Source: Micromonosporaceae bacterium (GTDB lineage: Bacteria; Actinomycetota; Actinomycetes; Mycobacteriales; Micromonosporaceae). Taken from it: DNA of 64,000 nucleotides. The translations under genes were made by a program, and so were the position numbers. The notes under the pieces were generated by a model. The model was not told the origin of the DNA. It saw only the letters and a program-made list of their open reading frames with translations, and did not search any database. Of the stretch, positions 45,040 to 56,296 are shown one piece after another (position 1 is the first letter of the stretch; each line of letters opens with the position of its first letter). The stretch lies in NCBI GenBank assembly GCA_020027875.1, contig JAHRHA010000013.1:1885-65884 (forward strand), read 5' to 3'.

Positions 45040-46089
45040 GTGACAGGCGTGGCGCGTACCTCCGTTGGGAAGAAGGCCGAGCCTCGCCTGCACCGCGCGG
45101 CGCGGTTCGAGGATCGCGTGCATCGGGTCGTGGAGCCGCGGTTGCGCCGGCGCGGCTGGCACGTTGCGATCGTGCCGTACACCGGCTACGGCGCCCCCGG
45201 CTGGGTCCGGGTCATGGCCCGGGTGCTGCTGACACGGCTCGCCCCGCGGCGCAAGCGGGCCGCGACGTTGCGCGGCTGGCGCAGCTTCACCGCGATGCCG
45301 GTCAAGAATGCCAGCGTCACCATCGAGGCGGGCGGCAGCCGGCACGAGGCGTTCGCGGACCGCAGTGGTTTCGTCGACTGCGTGGTCCAGGGGGAGCTCG
45401 CGACGGGCTGGAGCAGTGTGCGTCTGAGTACCGAAGGCGCGGAATCGGTGGAGGCCCCGGTCCGGATCGTCGATCCCGCGGTCGACTTCGGCATCCTCTC
45501 CGACGTCGACGACACGGTCATGGTCACCGCTCTGCCGCGCCCCCTGCTCGCGGCGTGGAACACGTTCGTCCTCGACGAGCACGCGCGTATGGCAGTACCG
45601 GGCATGGCCGTTCTCTACGAGCGGCTCGCCAACGCGTACGCGGGTGCTCCGGTCTTCTACTTGTCCACCGGAGCCTGGAACGTGGCTCCAACGCTGACCC
45701 GCTTCCTCTCCCGTCATCTCTATCCCGCCGGGCCACTTCTGCTCACAAACTGGGGGCCGACGACGGACCGCTGGTTCCGCAGCGGCCGCGACCACAAGAG
45801 AGCGACGCTGACCCGGCTGGCTAACGAGTTCCCGCATGTGCGGTGGCTGCTCATCGGCGACGACGGGCAGCACGACAAGGAGATCTACGGCGAGTTCGCC
45901 GCCGCCCATCCGGATAACGTCGCCGCGATCGCGATCCGGCACCTGTCGCCGACCCAGTCCGTACTGGCCGGAAGCATCCTGGCGGCGGTCGGCGACTCCG
46001 CGCCGTCCGGCCTAGCGGGCAAGCCGTGGCTTGTGGCACCCGATGGGGCAGGGCTGTGGCGCCTTTTCCGTGAGGCCGAGATCGTATAG
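45040..46089 (+). CDS. App1-family (DUF2183) phosphatidate phosphatase-like protein
   Basis: 'GILSDVDDTVMVT' DxDxT motif and 'WLLIGDDGQHDKEIY' second HAD-like motif. GTG start 4 nt after the C45 stop. Confidence 0.75.
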   Translation: MTGVARTSVGKKAEPRLHRAARFEDRVHRVVEPRLRRRGWHVAIVPYTGYGAPGWVRVMARVLLTRLAPRRKRAATLRGWRSFTAMPVKNASVTIEAGGSRHEAFADRSGFVDCVVQGELATGWSSVRLSTEGAESVEAPVRIVDPAVDFGILSDVDDTVMVTALPRPLLAAWNTFVLDEHARMAVPGMAVLYERLANAYAGAPVFYLSTGAWNVAPTLTRFLSRHLYPAGPLLLTNWGPTTDRWFRSGRDHKRATLTRLANEFPHVRWLLIGDDGQHDKEIYGEFAAAHPDNVAAIAIRHLSPTQSVLAGSILAAVGDSAPSGLAGKPWLVAPDGAGLWRLFREAEIV

Positions 46090-46300
46090 GCCGCACCGCT
46101 CATGATCGATGTGACGAGACGGTCGCTATCACAACCTCTCCGTCACTTCACTCACGCCCACGGAGTCACTTCGCGCTGACCCACCGGCCCGCGGCTCATG
46201 TGAAGATCGCAGTTTGGGTGGCGGATGTGAGCTAAATCGGCGCGTTTGACACTCAACGAGCGATCTTGAATCCGGGGAGCGGGCGGGGAGGATGAACGCC

Positions 46301-46942
46301 TTACTTCGCCGACAGGACGTCGACGATGAACCGCAGCGGGCCCGGCTGCTGTCCGGTCTCGCCGTAGGCCAGGTCGGCCGGGATGTCGAGCTGCACCCGG
46401 CTGCCCACCTTCACACCCACCAGGCCCTGGTCCCATCCCTTGATGACCTCGCCGCCGCCGAGGGGGAACTCATACGGCTGCGACCGCGACCAGGACGAGT
46501 CAAACTCCTCGCCGGTGCGGTAGGACACCCCGACGTAGTTGACGGAGATCGTCTGGCCGGCCTGGACCGCGGCTCCCTTGCCCTCAATGAGGGTAGTGAC
46601 CGCCAGCTTGGTGAGGTCTTCGGTGCCGGCGGTCGCCGTCGGCTTGGTCGCGAGCGCCGGGTCGGCGTCCGGCGGAAGCTGCGCGGCCGTCGAGGCCGAT
46701 GGCGTGCCCGACGCCGAGCCGGCCGTCGTGTCGCCGTCGAACGCACCAAACGCGTATGCAGCAGCGACGATCACGGCTAACCCGCCGATCACGGTGAGCG
46801 CGTTCTTGAGGTACTTCTTACGGCGTAGCGCCGCCGCACGTTGTTGGGCGGCTAGCCGACCGGCGGCGCGGCGCTCGGCCTTCGGCGGCTTCCCCAGGCC
46901 GGACCGATCCTTGACCGGGTTGCTCACGGACGTACCTTTCAT
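46301..46942 (-). CDS. membrane-anchored FKBP-type peptidyl-prolyl isomerase
   Basis: TM 'ALTVIGGLAVIVAAAYA' and FKBP core 'VNYVGVSYRTGEEFDSSW...GGGEVIKGWDQGLVGVKVGSRVQL'. Three in-frame ATGs at 46942, 46960 and 46978 lie inside the repeat. Confidence 0.85.
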   Translation of the reverse strand: MKGTSVSNPVKDRSGLGKPPKAERRAAGRLAAQQRAAALRRKKYLKNALTVIGGLAVIVAAAYAFGAFDGDTTAGSASGTPSASTAAQLPPDADPALATKPTATAGTEDLTKLAVTTLIEGKGAAVQAGQTISVNYVGVSYRTGEEFDSSWSRSQPYEFPLGGGEVIKGWDQGLVGVKVGSRVQLDIPADLAYGETGQQPGPLRFIVDVLSAK

Positions 46943-47029
46943 TGGAGGTCTGCGGGTCATTGGAGGTCTGCGGGTCATTGCAGGTCTGCGGGTAATTGCA
47001 GGTCTGCGGGTAATTGCAGGTCTGCGAGT
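46940..47029. repeat. 5 x 18-nt tandem repeat between the two FKBP genes
   Basis: cattggaggtctgcgggt x2, cattgcaggtctgcgggt, aattgcaggtctgcgggt, aattgcaggtctgcgagt, read directly. On the coding (minus) strand each of the first three units ends in ATG. Confidence 0.95.
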
Positions 47030-47038
47030 CCGCCGACC

Positions 47039-47407
47039 CTACTGCACGCCGATCAGGTCGACCACGAACACCAGCGTTTCGCCGGGTTTGATGGCATTTC
47101 CGGCGCCATGATCGCCGTAGCCCAGGTGTGGCGGGATGACCAGTCTGCGCCGACCACCGACCTTCATGCCCACCACGCCCTGGTCCCAGCCCTCGATGAC
47201 CTGGCCGCGGCCGAGCGAGAAGTTGAAAGGCTCGCCCCGGTTCCACGAGGCGTCGAACTCCTTGCCGGACGAGTACGAGACGCCGACGTAGTGCACCGTG
47301 GCTTCCTGCCCGGGCCGGGCCTCGTCGCCGTCGCCGACCGTGACGTCGGAAACGACGAGGTCGGTCGGCGGCGCTCCCTCGCCCGGAGTGACGTATGGCT
47401 TCTGCAT
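47039..47407 (-). CDS. cytoplasmic FKBP-type peptidyl-prolyl isomerase
   Basis: 'VHYVGVSYSSGKEFDASWNRGEPFNFSLGRGQVIEGWDQGVVGMKVGGRRRLVIPP' is the canonical FKBP core. 122 aa. Confidence 0.9.
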   Translation of the reverse strand: MQKPYVTPGEGAPPTDLVVSDVTVGDGDEARPGQEATVHYVGVSYSSGKEFDASWNRGEPFNFSLGRGQVIEGWDQGVVGMKVGGRRRLVIPPHLGYGDHGAGNAIKPGETLVFVVDLIGVQ

Positions 47408-47432
47408 GGTCTATCTCCTGATCTAGATGTTG

Positions 47433-50561
<3,129 letters not shown>

Positions 50562-50627
50562 GGGGTGCAGTCTACACGGCAACAACGAAGGCCTTATGTT
50601 TGCCTTATGAATCGCAATAACATAGCG

Positions 50628-53600
50628 CTATTGCGCGCGCCGGATCGAGAATCGCAGGCCCAGGCCCCCGTCTTTTGAATGGGGCTCGCCCGGATCGCCT
50701 TCGGTCATTGACGTGGCGAGGACAGCGTCGGCGATATCTCGCTCATGCTCGCGGATCGCCGCGGCGGTCTCCGCCGACGCCACATCGTCATCGGCCGTCC
50801 AGGTAAGGGCGACGCGGTCGGTGATGGCTAGGCCCGCCTGCTTTCGCGCGTCCTGGATCAGCCTGATCACCTCGCGGGCGACGCCGGCCCGGTGGAGCTC
50901 CGGGGTGATGGTGGTGTCCAGCGCGATCGTCACATCCCGCTGGGTCGCCACGGCCCAGCCCGACCGAGGCGTCTGGTTGACGACGACGTCGTCCGCCGTG
51001 ATCTCGACCGTTTCGCCGCCGACCTTGAGCGCGGTTGCGGCGCCATCCCGGAGGGCTTGGGCGAGCGCGGCCGGGTCGGCTCGCGCGATGGCGGCGGCCA
51101 CCACCTGGGTACGGGCGCCGAAGCGCTGGCCGAGTTGGCGGAAGTTGGGCTTGACGGTGACGTCGAGAACCTCGCCGGCCGAGGCGAGGTTGGCCAGGTC
51201 GCGGACGTTCAGCTCCTCGCGGACATACGCGAGCAGCTCCGGCGGGGGGAGCTGGCCATCGCGTAATCCGACCAGGCCCCGCGCCAACGGCTGGCGTACG
51301 CGAACATTGCTGGCCGTGCGGGCGGCGCGGCCGGCCTCGACCAGCGCCCGGACCGTGGCCACCTGCGCGCGCAGATCGTCGTCGAGCGCGGCCGGGTCCT
51401 GAACCGGCCAGGTGGCGAGGTGCACGGACACGGCCGCGGAGCGGTCACCCGGGCGGACGGCGGCCCGCCAGACGTGATCGGTGAGGAACGGGATGAGCGG
51501 GGCCAGCAGTCGGGTCAGTACGCCGATGGTCTCGTTAAGCGTGGCGAGCGCGGCCGGCTCGCCCCGCCAGAATCGGGAGCGAGACAGCCGCACGTACCAG
51601 TTGGACAGATCGTCGATGAACTGGCTCAGCACCCGCCCGGCGCCGGCGGTGTCGAAGTCCTCCAGAGCGGCGTCGACCACTCCGACCACGTGGTGCAGTT
51701 CTGCCCGCAACCACCGATCGAGTGGAGTCAACTTGACCGCTGCCGTCTCCGCCGTCGGGTGCCACCCGCTCGCGTCGGCATATAAACTGAAGAAGGAGAC
51801 CGTGTTCCAGTACGGGACGAGGACGCGACGCGCGATCTCCTCCAGCGTTGCATCGCCGACCCGCCGATTAACCCACGGCGATCCGGCGCAGAGCATGAAC
51901 CAGCGCAGGGCATCCGCACCATGCCGATCCATCAGCGACATCGGTTCGATGATGTTGCCAAGATGCTTACTCATCTTGCGGCCGTCCTCGGCCACGATGA
52001 GACCAAGGCACAGCACGTTCTCATACGCCGATCGGTCGAAGACCAGCGTGCCCACGGCCATGAGGGTGTAGAACCAGCCGCGGGTCTGATCGATGGCCTC
52101 GGCGATGAAGTTCGCCGGGTACGCGCGGGCGAACTCCTCCTCGCTGCCGGGGAGGAACGGATAGCCGTGCTGCGCGAACGGCACCGCCCCGGAGTCGAAC
52201 CACGCGTCCATGACCTCGGGCACTCGACTCGCCGGCGTACTGCACTGTGGACAGTCGAACGCGATCTCGTCCAGGTAGGGTCGATGCTGATCGAGGCGGG
52301 ACAGATCCCGCCCCGAGAGCGTGCCCAACTCGGCGCGCGACTGCACGCGGGTCACGTGACCGTTGGCGCAGCGCCACAGCGGCAGCGGCGTACCCCAGTA
52401 CCGGTTGCGCGACAGCGCCCAGTCGACGTTGTTGGCCAACCAGTCGCCGAACCGGCCATGCTTGACGTGCTCGGGGTGCCAGTTGGTGCGCTCGTTCTCG
52501 CGCAGCAACGCATCCCGGATCTGCGTCGTGCGGACGTACCACGCCATCTGCGCGTAGTACATGAGTGGCGTGTGGCAGCGCCAACAGTGTGGATAGCTGT
52601 GCTCGTACTCGCTGACCCGCAGCAGCAGCCCGCGCTGCGCCATGTCCTTGACCAGCACGGGATCGGCATCCTTGAAGAACAGCCCGCCGAGAAGGTCGAC
52701 GTCGGCGTTGAAGCGTCCGTCTGGACCGATCGGGTTGACCACTGGCAGGCCGTACCGGCGGCAGGTAACGAGGTCGTCCCCGCCGAACGCGGGCGCCTGG
52801 TGCACCAGGCCCGTACCGTCCTCTGTGGTCACATAGTCGGCGAGCACCACGTAGTGCGCGTCGGGGATCTCGACGAGGTCGAATGGCCGTCGGTACCGTA
52901 CGCGTTCGAGTTCCCGGCCGGACATGGACGCGAGCACTTCGGCGGCCGCCCCGTCCGTGCCGTCCTCGCCGAGCGCGGTGTGGAGAAGGGGCTCGGCCAC
53001 CAGGAACACTCCGGCTGGCACCCGGACGACCGCGTAGGTCACGTCCGGATGCACGGCGACGGCGGTGTTGGACACCAGCGTCCAGGGTGTCGTCGTCCAT
53101 ACCAGCAGATCCACGCCGGTGATTCCGGCGATATCGCCCTCGACGGGCATGCGGACGTAGACGGATGAGTCCGTCACAGTCTCGTAGCCCTGTGCGACCT
53201 CATGGTCCGAGAGTGCGGTTCCACAGCGGGGGCAGTACGGCGCGACGCGGTGGTCCTCTACCAGCAGTCCGCGGTCGAAGATCTGGGCCAGCGCCCACCA
53301 CACGCTGTCGATGTAATCCGGCGACATCGTCCAGTACGGCGCCGAGAGGTCCACCCAGTAGCCGACGCGCTCGGTCAATGCCTCAAACTCGCCGACATAA
53401 CGCTGCACCGACTCGCGACAGCGGGCGTTGAACTCGGCGACGCCGAAGCGTTCGATTTCGGGCTTGCCGGCCAGCCCGAGTTCCTGCTCTACGGCGATCT
53501 CGACCGGCAGCCCGTGGCAGTCCCACCCCGCCCGGCGTGGGACGTGGTAGCCCTTCATCGTCTTGAAGCGCGGGAATACGTCCTTGAAGACACGGGCCTC

Positions 53601-53792
53601 GACGTGGTGTGTGCCGGGTCGGCCGTTTGCGGTGGGTGGTCCCTCATAGAACACCCACCGTGGCCCGCCCTCCGTGTGGGCGAGGCTGCGCTGGAACACG
53701 TCATGATCCCGCCAGAACGCGAGCATCTCGTGATCGATGGCTGGCAGGTTGACCCGGGCGGGCAAGGCGGTGAAATAGAACTGATCCGACAC
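50628..53792 (-). CDS. ileS: isoleucine--tRNA ligase (type 2, Streptomyces/Thermus-like)
   Basis: 'YEGPPTANGRPGTHHVEARVFKD', 'GRKMSKHLGN', editing 'TTTPWTLVSN' and 'GTGLVHQAPAFGGDD'. GTG 53792 lies 6 nt after AGAGGAA; the 60 upstream codons of the track ORF were rejected. Confidence 0.9.
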   Translation of the reverse strand: MSDQFYFTALPARVNLPAIDHEMLAFWRDHDVFQRSLAHTEGGPRWVFYEGPPTANGRPGTHHVEARVFKDVFPRFKTMKGYHVPRRAGWDCHGLPVEIAVEQELGLAGKPEIERFGVAEFNARCRESVQRYVGEFEALTERVGYWVDLSAPYWTMSPDYIDSVWWALAQIFDRGLLVEDHRVAPYCPRCGTALSDHEVAQGYETVTDSSVYVRMPVEGDIAGITGVDLLVWTTTPWTLVSNTAVAVHPDVTYAVVRVPAGVFLVAEPLLHTALGEDGTDGAAAEVLASMSGRELERVRYRRPFDLVEIPDAHYVVLADYVTTEDGTGLVHQAPAFGGDDLVTCRRYGLPVVNPIGPDGRFNADVDLLGGLFFKDADPVLVKDMAQRGLLLRVSEYEHSYPHCWRCHTPLMYYAQMAWYVRTTQIRDALLRENERTNWHPEHVKHGRFGDWLANNVDWALSRNRYWGTPLPLWRCANGHVTRVQSRAELGTLSGRDLSRLDQHRPYLDEIAFDCPQCSTPASRVPEVMDAWFDSGAVPFAQHGYPFLPGSEEEFARAYPANFIAEAIDQTRGWFYTLMAVGTLVFDRSAYENVLCLGLIVAEDGRKMSKHLGNIIEPMSLMDRHGADALRWFMLCAGSPWVNRRVGDATLEEIARRVLVPYWNTVSFFSLYADASGWHPTAETAAVKLTPLDRWLRAELHHVVGVVDAALEDFDTAGAGRVLSQFIDDLSNWYVRLSRSRFWRGEPAALATLNETIGVLTRLLAPLIPFLTDHVWRAAVRPGDRSAAVSVHLATWPVQDPAALDDDLRAQVATVRALVEAGRAARTASNVRVRQPLARGLVGLRDGQLPPPELLAYVREELNVRDLANLASAGEVLDVTVKPNFRQLGQRFGARTQVVAAAIARADPAALAQALRDGAATALKVGGETVEITADDVVVNQTPRSGWAVATQRDVTIALDTTITPELHRAGVAREVIRLIQDARKQAGLAITDRVALTWTADDDVASAETAAAIREHERDIADAVLATSMTEGDPGEPHSKDGGLGLRFSIRRAQ

Positions 53793-54056
53793 CAGATTTC
53801 CTCTGTGAGCCAATCTACCCGCTGGCCGGCCAGGTGTCGGGTCGATAGCCTCTGCTCGTGAAGCCTCAGGTCGTGACCGCCCGTGCCTCCTACTCGGTGC
53901 AGCTGCGGGCGGACCGGCCTGAGCTCGTGTTAGCGGTCGCCGAGATCCGATGGAAGGAATCGGGGCACGCACCCGAGCCCGAGGATCTTGCGTACTGGGT
54001 GGACGTGACTCAGCGAGTTGAGCAGATCATCGACGCCGACCGTGGGAGCGCCATCC

Positions 54057-54746
54057 GTGAGTGACCGACCGTACGTCCTGCTCAGTTGCGCGATGTCCAT
54101 CGACGGCTACATCGACGACGCCAGCAACACCCGGCTACTGATGTCCAACGACGCCGACTTCGACCGCGTGGACGAGGTGCGTGCCGGGTGCGACGCCATC
54201 CTTGTGGGAGCCAACACGATCCGACGAGACAACCCGCGGCTGATGGTGCGCGCGGAGGCCCGCCGCGACGCGCGCGTCGTGCGAGGGCTATCGCCCACCC
54301 CGATCAAGGTCACGCTGACCGGGCGCGGCGACATCGACCCATCCGCTCAGTTCTTCGCGACAGGCGACGTCGAAAAGATCGTCTACAGCACGCCTGCCGG
54401 CGTGGACAAAGCACGCGATCGAGTGGGACACGTCGCTACCGTGGTCGACGCCGGTGATCCAATCGACCTATCCTGGGTCCTCGCCGATCTTGCCGCTCGT
54501 GGGGTCGCCCGCGTTTTGGTCGAAGGCGGCGGAACCGTGCACACGCGGTTTCTCACCGCCGGCCTTGCCGACGAACTCCATCTCGTAGTGGCGCCATTCT
54601 TCGTTGGCGACTCCAGTGCACCCCGGTTCGTCGAGGACGGTGCGTTCCCATGGAACGCTGGCCACCGAGCCAGGCTCGCCGAGACACAACAGATCGATGA
54701 TGTCGTCCTGCTGCGCTACGTCCTCTCCGACCGTCTTCCCACCTAA
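54057..54746 (+). CDS. RibD C-terminal domain-type pyrimidine reductase family protein
   Basis: 'PYVLLSCAMSIDGYI', 'DAILVGANTIRRDNPRL' and 'VLVEGGGTVHTRFL' motifs. GTG 54057 follows GGGAG; the track ORF opens at 54018. Confidence 0.8.
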   Translation: MSDRPYVLLSCAMSIDGYIDDASNTRLLMSNDADFDRVDEVRAGCDAILVGANTIRRDNPRLMVRAEARRDARVVRGLSPTPIKVTLTGRGDIDPSAQFFATGDVEKIVYSTPAGVDKARDRVGHVATVVDAGDPIDLSWVLADLAARGVARVLVEGGGTVHTRFLTAGLADELHLVVAPFFVGDSSAPRFVEDGAFPWNAGHRARLAETQQIDDVVLLRYVLSDRLPT

Positions 54747-55216
54747 TGGCCGAACCTTCTCCCGACCGTGCGTGGCTGCTCGCGGCGATCGAGGAATCAA
54801 GGGCCAGCCCCTTGAGCACGGCCGCCTACGCTGTCGGCGCCATCATCGTCGGCCAAGACGGACGAGAACTCGCGCGCGGCCACTCCCGTGAGTCCGATCC
54901 GTACGCGCACGCCGAGGAGTCAGCGCTGTCCAAACTGTCGGGCGTCGACCTGGCAGGGGCCACCATTTACACCTCGCTCGAACCATGCAGCGCCCGCAAG
55001 TCACGCCCAAGCACATGCACCGAACTGATCCTTGAAGCCGGCATCCGCCGAGTCGTTTTCGCCCTCCGAGAGCCACCAACATTCGTCCATGGCTTCGGTG
55101 CAGAACTTCTCCAGCATCAAGGCATTCAAGTAATCGAGATGAGCGATCTTGCGAATGCGGTCCAGCAGATTAATGAACGGGTCATCGGCGCGAGCCACGC
55201 CCATGATCAACTCTGA
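54746..55216 (+). CDS. CMP/dCMP-type zinc deaminase (RibD N-terminal-like)
   Basis: 'HAEESAL' and 'LEPCSARKSRPSTC' zinc motifs. ATGA-type overlap with the reductase gene. Confidence 0.8.
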   Translation: MAEPSPDRAWLLAAIEESRASPLSTAAYAVGAIIVGQDGRELARGHSRESDPYAHAEESALSKLSGVDLAGATIYTSLEPCSARKSRPSTCTELILEAGIRRVVFALREPPTFVHGFGAELLQHQGIQVIEMSDLANAVQQINERVIGASHAHDQL

Positions 55217-55639
55217 CGACCCGATCGCCGGCGAGCCAGCTCGCCCACTCCCTCGCCGCATGCTTGCCGATGCGGCCGCGCACCTGCGGAATGCTCGCCC
55301 TCCCCCGACGGCTTGCGTCGCGCTCGGACGCGCGTACGACAGCTCGTACGTGTTGCGCTACCGTGACCGGGCCCCGGTGCCGCTCGTGCTCACTGTTTTG
55401 GTGGCCTCACCTCCGGCACTCGGACCCGCATGGACCACGCCAAACCGCACGTCGTAGACGTGTTCGTGCAGCACTTTGAGGCCCAGTAGCGGGGCGGGAG
55501 CTGCGGACCCAGCGAGCTCGACCAATCTCAGGTGCTGATGGAGTACAGTACGCCGGAGAATTGGCCGGAAAGGTACTGGACGCCGGGGAGTCAGCCGATC
55601 GTTCTGCGAGCGGGTGCGAGCGAGGCTGAGGAGGTTGCG

Positions 55640-56296
55640 GTGGTGGGTCGGCCGGGGGAGCCCGCGGCTACGCCCGCCGCTCCGCAGGCGAACGCGCCGC
55701 AAGCGAACGTGCCACAGACACCCCCGCCGCGCAGTTACGGCCAGACACTCACGATCCCCAACCTGATCAGCTTCGTGCGCCTCGCCGGCGTACCACTGTT
55801 TTTGTGGCTATTCCTCGGTCTGCACGCCGATGGCTGGGCGGTCGTCGTACTCGCAATCGGCGGTACGAGCGACTGGGTCGATGGATTCTTGGCGCGCCGG
55901 CTGGGCCAGGTGAGTCGTCTCGGCGAGCTGCTCGACCCGCTCGCTGACCGGCTCTACATTCTTGCCACGCTGCTCGCGCTCACCGTTCGCGAGGTCGTGC
56001 CTTGGTGGTTCACCATCGCGCTGCTCGCCCGCGAGGCCATGCTCGTTGGTTGCCTGTTGGTGTTGCGACGATTCGGGTACGGTCCGCCACCGGTTCATTA
56101 CGTTGGCAAGACCGCGACATTCATCCTGCTGGTCGCGTTCCCGATGCTGCTGCTGGCGCACGCCAGCGCGGGTGCGGCGGTGTGGGCCTATCCCAGCGGC
56201 TGGGCGCTGGCCTGGTGGGGTCTGGTCCTCTACTGGATCGCTGGGCTGTTCTACGTCGTCCAGGTGTCCGGGGTGGTGCGGGGGACACGGGCATGA
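55640..56296 (+). CDS. CDP-alcohol phosphatidyltransferase (PgsA2/Rv1822-like)
   Basis: 'DWVDGFLARRLGQVSRLGELLDPLADR' D-G-x2-A-R...D-x3-D motif with multiple TM helices. GTG 55640 lies 5 nt after GAGGAGG; the longest ORF opens at 55532 but with poorer GC3. Confidence 0.85.
   Translation: MVGRPGEPAATPAAPQANAPQANVPQTPPPRSYGQTLTIPNLISFVRLAGVPLFLWLFLGLHADGWAVVVLAIGGTSDWVDGFLARRLGQVSRLGELLDPLADRLYILATLLALTVREVVPWWFTIALLAREAMLVGCLLVLRRFGYGPPPVHYVGKTATFILLVAFPMLLLAHASAGAAVWAYPSGWALAWWGLVLYWIAGLFYVVQVSGVVRGTRA

Noticed and set aside
42319-47029. CRISPR arrays at the tandem-repeat loci (42319..42393, 46940..47029)
   Set aside because: The repeats are directly abutting with no spacers, the units are only 11-18 nt, and no cas genes are nearby. 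These are simple tandem repeats.
53793-54056. Canonical T-box riboswitch upstream of ileS
   Set aside because: It was expected from actinobacterial precedent, but no GGGUGGUACCGCG-like core or convincing specifier loop (AUC followed by a purine in a loop) could be found by eye. It is reported only as an unresolved structured leader; a covariance-model scan is needed.
53858-54064. 68-aa plus-strand ORF in the ileS/ribD-like intergenic region
   Set aside because: It has no RBS and no motifs, sits inside the presumed ileS leader, and runs into the better-supported GTG 54057 start of the reductase gene.
55001-55261. 86-aa minus-strand ORF with fairly protein-like composition ('DPFINLLDRIRKIAHLDYLNALMLEKF')
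   Set aside because: The plus frame over the same DNA continues the deaminase with the family-typical ending ('GAELLQHQGIQVIEMSDLANAVQQINERV'). The local AT-richness makes both frames look plausible, and the deaminase frame is preferred.
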